From an uncultured Actinomycetota bacterium (lineage in GTDB: Bacteria > Actinomycetota > Thermoleophilia > RBG-16-64-13): a DNA stretch of 64,000 bases. Position numbers and translations under genes: made by a program. The stretch covers positions 200,511 to 264,510 of the forward strand of contig CAWGGI010000001.1 in NCBI GenBank assembly GCA_963822135.1, written 5' to 3'. Positions 1 through 6,973 of this stretch are shown piece by piece. How positions within the stretch are numbered: position 1 is the stretch's first letter; every line of letters begins with the position of its first letter. The notes under the pieces were generated by a model. It saw nothing but the letters and a program-made list of their open reading frames with translations. It had not been told where the DNA came from and searched no databases.

Positions 1-593
1 TACATGAAGGTGATCGTGGGGATCCCGCCCGCCTCCCTGAGCATCGAGGCGCGAAAGACCATGCAGGCCCCGTCCAGCTTCTCGCACCGCCGCGGCCTGT
101 CGTGCTTGCTGCGGGCGAGGTAGGCGAGCATCCGGTAGACGCCGGGAAGGAGGTTCAGAGGCTCGAAGACCGTGGCCAGCTTGTAGGGTCCGCTCTGAAT
201 CCTTCCGCTGGGCAGGACGACCTTGGGCCCGGTCCACGCGGCCGCCGGACGTTCCTCCAGCAGGGCGGCCAACTGCCGAAGCGATCCCGGGGGCAGTTTC
301 ACATCGGGATTGACCACGGCGATGAAGGTACCGCGGGCCGCTTGGACCCCTGTCTGAGCGCCGCGGCCGAAGCCGACGTTGTCCGGGTTCTCGATGAGCC
401 GGATGTGCGGGTAGCTCTCGCGGATGAAGGCCGCAGAGGCGTCGCTCGAATGGTTGTCCACGACGATGGTCTCGGTCTGTAGGCCGGCGGTAGCTTCGGG
501 CAGCGAGTCCAGGCAACCGGCGATGTATTCGCGACCGTTCCAGTTCACGATGACCACCGACAGGTCGATGGTGGTTCCGGGCGTGGGCTCCAC
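1..593 (-). CDS. Family 2 glycosyltransferase (rhamnosyltransferase-like), partial; 3' end runs off the window start
   Basis: Hand reverse-translation of 1-593 reads GDRVEPTPGTTIDLSVVIVNWNGREYIAGCLDSL...TIVVDNHSSD...NVGFGRGAQ (GT2 signature). Likely GTG start near 593 preceded by GGAGA. Not in the ORF track because there is no in-window stop. Confidence 0.6.
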   Translation of the reverse strand, partial: MEPTPGTTIDLSVVIVNWNGREYIAGCLDSLPEATAGLQTETIVVDNHSSDASAAFIRESYPHIRLIENPDNVGFGRGAQTGVQAARGTFIAVVNPDVKLPPGSLRQLAALLEERPAAAWTGPKVVLPSGRIQSGPYKLATVFEPLNLLPGVYRMLAYLARSKHDRPRRCEKLDGACMVFRASMLREAGGIPTITFM

Positions 594-601
594 GCGGTCT
601 C

Positions 602-1704
602 CTATCTCCGCACCAGGTCGAGGAGAGCGCTCTTGGCCCCAGAGAAGTGGGCGTAGTCTCCTCGTGAGAGCATGCCCGCGACTCGGGGTAGGCGACGCAG
701 ACGTGGCACCTCCAGCGCCGAGAGCCTGGCCTGGGTCGCGCCGAGGCTGTGTCTCAGATCGCCGATGGCCGCCATCGTCCGCTCCCGGCTCGCGTCGCCC
801 GGCCCCGCGTCGCCCAGCCCCGCGTCGCCCGACACCGCTGCGTGCGACACCGCGCGCATCCGTTCGAGGCGTTCGGTGGTTCTTGCCGCCCGGTCCGCCA
901 GCTCGGGCCGGTTGTCTTCGCGCGCTGCGGCCACGATCGCGCGAAGCCGACTCGTGGTCGCCCCCCGCGCCCGGTTCGCGCTGCGCGGCGGTGCCGGGTC
1001 GCGCGCCGCCAGGCTGCGCGCCGGCGCCGGACGGCGTGGCCGGCCCGCCCCGCGCGGCCGCCCCGCGCCCCGGCATGGTCATGCGCGACGCGTTCCCCGA
1101 ATGCCTCCGGAACACCTGCAGGGGACGCGGGTCGATCAGCACGGCGCCGAGGTCGTTGGCGATGTCGGAGATCCAGATGTCGTGCGATGGGTAGCGCATC
1201 GGGAAGGGGGAGCACCCAGGCGAGCAACTCGCGCCGGAGGGCGAAGCAGGACCCTTGGGTGAAGGCCCTTTCCGACTCTCCCCGGGCCCGCACCTGGGCG
1301 AAGGTCGTCAGGCCCAGCGGCGTGAGGTCTTCGCTCACCAGTTCGGCGTCGTTGACGAAGAGCAGCTTCTCGGGATGCTGCTCCAGCGCCTCCAGGGCGA
1401 CGGCCATCTTCTCGGGAAACCAGACGTCGTCCTGGTCGCTCATGAAGATGACGTCACCGTCGCAGAGGGACAGGGCGGTATCGAAGTTCCGGATGTAGCC
1501 GGCGTTGACCGATTTGCGCTCGACATGGACGGCGAACGGCGCGCTCTGGGCGAAGGCTTCGAGGATCGCCACCGTCTGGTCGGTCGAGGCGTCGTCGCTC
1601 ACCACCAGCTCGTCGGGCCGCCTCGACTGGCGCAGGAAGCTGTCCAGCTGGTCCGGGAGATACTCGGCGCCGTTGTAGGTCGCCAGAGCCACCGACACCT
1701 TCAT
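602..1704 (-). CDS. Family 2 glycosyltransferase with an apparent frameshift in a G5 run (about 1206-1210); C-terminal part in other frames
   Basis: ORF 754..1704 starts [27 protein letters not shown]...VVSDDASTDQT (GT2 N-terminus). After ...ELLAWVLP the GT2-like sequence continues in another frame as YPSHDIWISDIANDLGAVLIDPRPLQVFRRHSGNAS. A third frame (ORF 602..934) looks like the protein tail. The start ATG overlaps the rmlB stop (ATGA). Confidence 0.6.
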
Positions 1705-2786
1705 CGGACGGTGGCATCTCCCGCGCGTGGGGTCTCGGTCTGCCCGCTCGCGGCGCGGCCGCCCTCAGCGCGTTCGCGCTCCTCGTACCACTGCCGCTTC
1801 CATTCGGCGAAGTCCTCGGTCTGGTGCTTGATCTTGCGCCACCACCAGTCGTTGTCTTGGTACCAGCGGATGGTCTCGCGCAGACCGGTGTCGAAGTCGG
1901 CCTCCGGCCGCCAGCCCGAGCTCGCAGCTTGCCGCAGTCCAGCGAGTAGCGGCGGTCGTGTCCGGGCCGGTCGGGCACCCGGCGGATGGACTCCTCGCCC
2001 AGGCCCAGCTCGTCCAGGATGATCGCGGTGATCTCCAGGTTGGTGCGCTCGTTGCCGCCGCCCACGTTGTACACCTGGCCCGGCTCCCCGTTAGCCGAGC
2101 ACGAACTCGATGCCGGCGCAGTGGTCGTCCACGTGCAGCCAGTCGCGGACGTTGAGGCCGTCGCCGTAGAGGGGCAGCTTCTCGCCCTCCAGCGCGTTGG
2201 TGACGAACAGGGGGATGAGCTTCTCCGGATACTGATAGGGCCCGTAGGTGTTGGAGCCCCGCGTGATCATCACCGGCAGCCCGTAGGTGCGGTGATAGGC
2301 CAGCACCTGCAGGTCGCCGCCGGCCTTGGAGGCCGAGTAGGGGCTGTTGGCCACATAGGGAGTCCTCGGTGCAGGAGCCGCTCTCCACCGAGCCGTAGAC
2401 CTCGTCGGTGGAGACCTGCACCATCCGCGGCGATACCCAGCTCGCGCACGGCTTCCAGCAGGGTGTGGGTGCCCATGATGTCGGTGCGCAGGAAGGCCTC
2501 CGGGTCGGCGATGGAGCGGTCCACGTGGGTCTCGGCCGCGAAGTTGACGATGGCGTCGACGCCCTTCGGCCGCCCGCATGACCGCGTCGCGGTCACAGAT
2601 GTCGCCGTGGACGAAGCGGTAGCGAGGGTCGTCCTCGACCGCGCGCAGGTTGTCGGGGTTGCCGGCGTAGGTGAGCTTGTCCAGGTTGACGATCTCGCAC
2701 GGTCGGCGCTCGACTCTGCCGGCGAGAGCGCGCCGGATGAAGTTGGAGCCGATGAAGCCGGCTCCGCCGCACACCAGGAGCTTCAT
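1701..2786 (-). CDS. rmlB: dTDP-glucose 4,6-dehydratase RmlB, reading frame broken 5 or more times
   Basis: RmlB segments are spread over three frames: [19 protein letters not shown]...[10 protein letters not shown]...[11 protein letters not shown]; [31 protein letters not shown]; VSTDEVYGS; [66 protein letters not shown]; [21 protein letters not shown]; [20 protein letters not shown]. Confidence 0.75.
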
Positions 2787-3239
2787 CCGTTCGTCACCGC
2801 CCAGTCATAGCCGATCTCGGGGTCGTCCCAGGGCCGGCGGAACTCGTCCGGGTCCTCGTAGTCGTAGAGCTCGGTGGGGATGTTGATGATGGAGGCCGGC
2901 TCCGCGCCCACGGCGGTGAAGCCGTGGTAGACGCCCGGCGGGATGGTGAGCCGGCGCTGCCGCTGCCAGCCGATGACGAAGGTGTTGGTCTCGCCCTTGG
3001 TGGGCGAGCCCTCGCGGGCATCGTGAGGGCGACTTTGGCCATGCCCGCCACGCAGACGAAGTTGTCGGTCTGCTTCTTGTGGTAGTGCCAGGCCTTGACC
3101 ACGCCCGGATAGACCACCGTCATGTACACCTGGCCGAACTTCTGAAAGTCGGGGCTGTCGGAGCGGAACATCTCCATGAGGTATCCGCGGTCGTCGGGGA
3201 TCACCCGCAGGTCCTCGACCTTGACCCCATCGATCATGG
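2783..3239 (-). CDS. rmlC: dTDP-4-dehydrorhamnose 3,5-epimerase-like cupin (RmlC), one apparent frameshift near 3010-3030
   Basis: N-terminal part MIDGVKVEDLRVIPDDRGYLMEMFRSDSPDFQKFGQVYMTVVYPGVVKAWHYHKKQTDNFVCV in the ORF 2794..3255 frame. C-terminal part ...GSPTKGETNTFVIGWQRQRRLTIPPGVYHGFTAVGAEPASIINIPTELYDYEDPDEFRRPWDDPEIGYDW read by hand in another frame. RBS GAAGGAGA before the ATG. Stop overlaps the rmlB ATG. Confidence 0.65.
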
Positions 3240-3247
3240 CGTCTCCT

Positions 3248-4132
3248 TCAGTCACGCTTCTGCTCGAGCAGTCGTACAGGTAACGCCCGTAGGCGTTGCT
3301 TCTTCATGGCTGCCGCCAGCTTCTCCAGCTGGGCCGCGTCTATGTAGCCCTGACGCTAGGCTATCTCCTCCAGGCAGGCCACCTTGAGGCCCTGGCGCTC
3401 CTCGATGACCTGGATGAAGTTGCGCCGCCTGCAGGAGGGACTCGTGGGTGCCCGGTGTCCAGCCAGGCGATGCCGCGCCCGATCTTCTCCGCCCGCAGCT
3501 GCCCTGCTCCAGGTAGCGGCGGTGGATATCGGTGATCTCCAGCTCTCCCCGGGCGGAGGGCTTCAGGCACGCGGCGATGTCGCAGACCCGGCCGTCGTAG
3601 AAGATACAGGCCGGGTACGGCGTAGTCGGACGCGGGGCTGCTCGGGCTTCTCCTCGATGCTGAGCACGCGGCCGTCGGCGTCGAACTCCACCACCCCGTA
3701 GCGCTCGGGGTCGCTGACCCAGTAGCCGAAGATGAGGCCGCCCTCGGTCGACGGCGCCGCGTCGCGCAGACAGTCTCCAAGAAGCCGTGCCCGTAGAAGA
3801 TGTTGTCGCCCAGGATCAGGCAGCCGGGACCGCCGTCGAGGAACTCCCTGCCCGATGATGATAGGCCTGCGCGCAGACCCTCCGGCCGGGGCTGCGCCTT
3901 GTACGAGAACGAGACGCCCAGCCAGGAGCCGTCTCCCAGCAACTCCTCGAAACGGGGCAGGTCCTGGGGCGTGGAGATGATCAGGATGTCCCTGATGCCC
4001 GCCAGCAGCAGCGTGGACAGCGGGTAGTAGATCATGGGCTTGTCGTAGACGGGCAGCAAGCTGCTTGCTCACCACCCGGGTGGCCGGATACAGCCGGGTG
4101 CCGGACCCGCCTGCGAGGATGATGCCTTTCAT
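3248..4132 (-). CDS. rmlA: Glucose-1-phosphate thymidylyltransferase RmlA, several apparent frameshifts
   Basis: MKGIILAGGSGTRLYPATRVVSKQL (frame of 4132), then LPVYDKPMIYYPLSTLLLAGIRDILIISTPQDLPRFEELLGDGSWLGVSFSYKAQPRPEGL (frame of 4059). Further pieces IFGYWVSDPERYGVVEFDADGRVLSIEEKPE, GELEITDIHRRYLEQG, RGIAWLDTG and QGYIDAAQLEKLAAAMKKQR lie in alternating frames. Confidence 0.75.
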
Positions 4133-5119
4133 TCAGGCCGCCTTCGAGAGGTGTTGGACATGAGCTGGTCTTGGACGTAGGCCCGGAGCGACGTCTGCCA
4201 GGGCGGCATCACCACGCCCAGCGTGGCAGCCTTCTCCGAACTGAGTGCAGAGTTGGCGGGACGGACCACCTTGGAGGGGAACCGGCCTCGTTCGACCGGC
4301 ACCAGACGGGTGCGGAGATCGGCCGCGGCGAGGATCTCCCGGGCCATCTCGAACCGGGAGCAGACCCCCGAACCGGCGAGGTGGAAGAGTCCGGTGGCGC
4401 CGAGGCCGAGGAGGCCGAGGATCCCCCGGGCCAGGTCGACCGCCGCCGTGGGCGTGCCCATCTCGTCGTCGACCACCTGGAGCTCGTCACGGGTCCGGGC
4501 CAACGCCAGGATCTTGGTGGGGAAGTTGGTGCCCGCCTGTACCGAAGGGCCGTAGACCCAGGCGGTGCGGACCACCAACGGGAGAGGATGGGCCGCCGCC
4601 ACCGACCGTTCGCCCGCGAGCTTGGAGCGGCCGTAGGCGTTGAGGGGGTGAGGCTCGTCGTCTTCGGTGTAGGGGCCGTCCTTGGTCCCGTCGAAGACGA
4701 AGTCGGTGGACACGTGCACCAGTCCCAGGCCGTGTGCGGCTGCCGACGCGGCCAGATTCGCCGCCGCCCGGTCGTTCACCGCGTAGGCGCGCTCCTCGTG
4801 GTCCTCGGCGCCTTCGACGTCGGTGTAGGCGGCGGCATTGATGACCGTCCCGGTCCCCGGCGCCGCGCCCGCGGCGGCGGCAGCCGCGCAGCGGCGGCCG
4901 CCGCCCCCGGTGACCGCCGCTTCGCCCCGCCGCGCCGAGGCCGCCGCAAAGCGCGCCACGACCGCCTCGACGGCGGAGAGCATCGGTGATATCCAGGTCC
5001 TGCTCGGCGTAGGCCTCGAAGGGGACGCCGAGCTCAGCGCACAATGCAGTGAGAGCCGACCCGAGCATCCCGGTCGCCCCGGTGATGAGTACCGGTCCGG
5101 CAGTGTTGATGTCCGCCAA
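4129..5119 (-). CDS. rmlD: dTDP-4-dehydrorhamnose reductase RmlD, one or two apparent frameshifts near 4980-5010
   Basis: N-terminus (L)ADINTAGPVLITGATGMLGSALTALCAELGVPFEAYAEQDLDITDA in the ORF 4487..5323 frame, with a TTG start and GGAGG RBS. The rest, VINAAAYTDVEGAEDHEERAYAVNDRAAANLA...LVHVSTDFVFDGTKDGPYTEDDEPHPLNAYGRSKLAGE...WQTSLRAYVQDQL, lies in the ORF 4129..6111 frame. The stop overlaps the rmlA ATG. Confidence 0.7.
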
Positions 5120-5156
5120 TAGGCACCTCCGCCGCAAACTGTAGCACGAGGGCTGC

Positions 5157-5224
5157 AGGCCACGGGCCCAGCGGGTGGCGGCACGGTTTGCGGCCACGGG
5201 CCCGTGCGGCCACGGGGCCCGTGG
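5157..5224. repeat. Three tandem copies of GGCCACGGGCCC(GTG), containing the perfect palindrome CACGGGCCCGTG, in the divergent rml/epimerase promoter region
   Basis: Copies read at 5158-5170, 5192-5206 and 5208-5224. They sit between the rmlD start (5119, minus) and the epimerase start (5365, plus). Confidence 0.5.
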
Positions 5225-5364
5225 AGTGGCGACGGGTGCAGCTGCCGCCGGCGACTGCGGCCCATGCCGCCGCCACGGCCCGCGTGACCTCCGGCGCTTG
5301 CGCGCAACCCCGCGCGAGCCCAATATAGAGCGGACGCCCCCACCGATAACCTGGAGGTCGACAG

Positions 5365-6336
5365 ATGCACGTGCTCCTGACCGGGGCCGCCGGATTCATA
5401 GCCAGCAAGGTCGCCGAGATCCTCCTCGCCGAGGGGCATCGCGTGGTCGGCATCGACAACATGAACGACGCTTACGACCCGCGCCTCAAGGAGCACCGGC
5501 TCGAGGCCCTCCAGAAGCAGGAGGACTTCGAGTTCGTCCGGGTGGACATCTCCGATCGCGCGGCGCTGGACGGCGCTCTCGCCGGGCGCCCGCCCTTCGA
5601 CGCGGTGGTCAACCTGGCCGCAAGGGCCGGGGTCCGTCAAAGTGTCATCGATCCTTGGGTGTACGTCGACACCAACGTCACCGGCACGCTCAACCTGCTG
5701 GAGCACTGCCGGTCCACGGGCTGCAGGAAGTTCGTTCTCGCCTCCACCTCCAGTCTCTACGGCGGAAACAATCCTCTGCCTTTCAGCGAAGACCAGGACA
5801 CCAGTCGGCCCCTCTCTCCCTACGCCGCATCCAAGAAGGGGGCGGAGGCCCTCGTCTACACCTACCACTACCTGCACGGCATCGACGCCACCGTCTTCCG
5901 CTATTTCACCGTCTACGGCCCGGCAGGGCGGCCCGATATGAGCCTCTTCCGCTTCTGCCGCTGGATCGCCGAAGGAGAGCCGGTGGAGGTCTTCGGCGAC
6001 GGGCATCAGTCCCGCGATTTCACCTACGTGGACGACATCGCGCGGGGCACGGTCCTGGGTCTCAAGCCACTGGGCTACGAAGTGATCAATCTGGGGAGCG
6101 ATCAGCCCCACGAACTGCTGCGCACGGTGGAACTCATCGAGAAGGAGACCGGGAACAAGGCCGATCTGGTCTTCGGCCCCGAGGCAAAAGCCGACGTCCG
6201 GGCGACCTGGGCCAGCGTCGACAAGGCCCGGCGGCTACTGGGCTGGCAGCCTCAGTTCACCCTCGACGAGGGGATCCACCGCCTGGTGGACTGGTACATG
6301 GAGAACCGCGAGCTGGCGAGGGACCTCCGACTGTAG
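5365..6336 (+). CDS. NAD-dependent epimerase/dehydratase family protein (UDP-sugar 4-epimerase-like, CapI/WcaG type)
   Basis: Intact 323-aa ORF MHVLLTGAAGFIASKVAEILLAEGHRVVGIDN with Rossmann GxxGxxG; catalytic YxxxK (SPYAASKKGAE); FRYFTVYGPAGRPDMS. GGAGG RBS before the ATG. Confidence 0.85.
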   Translation: MHVLLTGAAGFIASKVAEILLAEGHRVVGIDNMNDAYDPRLKEHRLEALQKQEDFEFVRVDISDRAALDGALAGRPPFDAVVNLAARAGVRQSVIDPWVYVDTNVTGTLNLLEHCRSTGCRKFVLASTSSLYGGNNPLPFSEDQDTSRPLSPYAASKKGAEALVYTYHYLHGIDATVFRYFTVYGPAGRPDMSLFRFCRWIAEGEPVEVFGDGHQSRDFTYVDDIARGTVLGLKPLGYEVINLGSDQPHELLRTVELIEKETGNKADLVFGPEAKADVRATWASVDKARRLLGWQPQFTLDEGIHRLVDWYMENRELARDLRL

Positions 6337-6337
6337 G

Positions 6338-6370
6338 GCCACGCGCGCCGGTCAGGCCCGCTCGCCGGCG
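6338..6370. repeat. Left copy of a perfect 33-bp direct repeat GGCCACGCGCGCCGGTCAGGCCCGCTCGCCGGC flanking the higA islet
   Basis: Identical 33-mer at 6338-6370 and 6941-6973. The right copy covers the last codons (GERA-stop) of the P-type ATPase gene plus 15 nt downstream. Confidence 0.8.
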
Positions 6371-6407
6371 TGCCAGGCGACGGCGTGAGGCCGTCAGGCG
6401 GCGTCTT

Positions 6408-6725
6408 CTAGGCCGTTCGCTGCAGATTGCCGGCCGATTCCGCCCACGGGCGTATCCTCTCGAGTTCTTCCGAGAGAGCCGCTTTGGCCACCTCTGTGTC
6501 ATGGGCCGCCTGGGCCCGGAGCCAGAAGCCCTCGGAGAGACCGAAGAACCGGCACAGACGCAGGTCGGTGTCTGCCGTGATCGATCGACGGCCGGCCACG
6601 ATCTCCCCGATGCGCGTCGCCGGAACACCGATCTCCTTCGCCAGTCGGTATTTCGAGATGCCCATCGGGATCAAGAACTCCTCGCTGAGGAGCTCACCGG
6701 GGGTGACGGGAGGCAATCGGTGCAT
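6408..6725 (-). CDS. higA: HigA-family antitoxin (HTH_XRE, addiction-module antidote protein)
   Basis: 105 aa: MHRLPPVTPGELLSEEFLIPMGISKYRLAKEIGVPATRIGEIVAGRRSITADTDLRLCRFFGLSEGFWLRAQAAHD, a classic HigA helix-turn-helix pattern. Confidence 0.85.
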   Translation of the reverse strand: MHRLPPVTPGELLSEEFLIPMGISKYRLAKEIGVPATRIGEIVAGRRSITADTDLRLCRFFGLSEGFWLRAQAAHDTEVAKAALSEELERIRPWAESAGNLQRTA

Positions 6726-6739
6726 GGCGATTCCTAGTC

Positions 6740-6793
6740 TCAGTGGTCCTCAGCGAGCCGCCTGGTCTCGCGATTCTTGAACGACACGATCAT
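6740..6793 (-). pseudogene. higB: Remnant of a HigB (RelE/ParE-superfamily) toxin gene: 17 codons (MIVSFKNRETRRLAEDH) then a stop, about 14 nt upstream of higA
   Basis: The reverse-complement of 6740-6793 reads ATG ATC GTG TCG TTC AAG AAT CGC GAG ACC AGG CGG CTC GCT GAG GAC CAC TGA, matching the conserved HigB N-terminus (MIxSFKxKxTexLF). A full toxin of about 90 aa cannot fit in the 66 nt available. Confidence 0.55.
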
Positions 6794-6850
6794 TATATTA
6801 ACGCCTTGCGTTATTAACGTCAAACGTTATTACTCAGCGACCGTAGGGAT
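6794..6850 (-). promoter_or_regulatory. AT-rich promoter/operator region of the higBA remnant
   Basis: ttatattaacgccttgcgttattaacgtcaaacgttattac is about 30% GC in a 70% GC genome. On the minus strand it gives a -35-like TTGACG, a 17-nt spacer, and TAATAT/TATAAT abutting the higB remnant ATG. Inverted repeats AACGC-ctt-GCGTT and TAACG-tcaaa-CGTTA are likely HigA operator sites. Confidence 0.45.
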
Positions 6851-6940
6851 GACGAGAGCGTCCCGACGCTAGCCAGTCGGGGCTCTCTGTTCTCATAGGA
6901 CTTCCGTCCGAGCTTGAAAAGGAGCCTCAAGCAGCCTGAG

Positions 6941-6973
6941 GCCACGCGCGCCGGTCAGGCCCGCTCGCCGGCA
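6941..6973. repeat. Right copy of the perfect 33-bp direct repeat (overlaps the 3' end of the ATPase gene)
   Basis: Same 33-mer as 6338-6370. Confidence 0.8.

Noticed and set aside
4129-6111. 660-aa minus-strand ORF
   Set aside because: Only its last 330 codons are RmlD. The upstream 330 codons are a G/R/P-rich antisense read-through of the divergent promoter and epimerase gene, an open-frame artefact of a high-GC genome.
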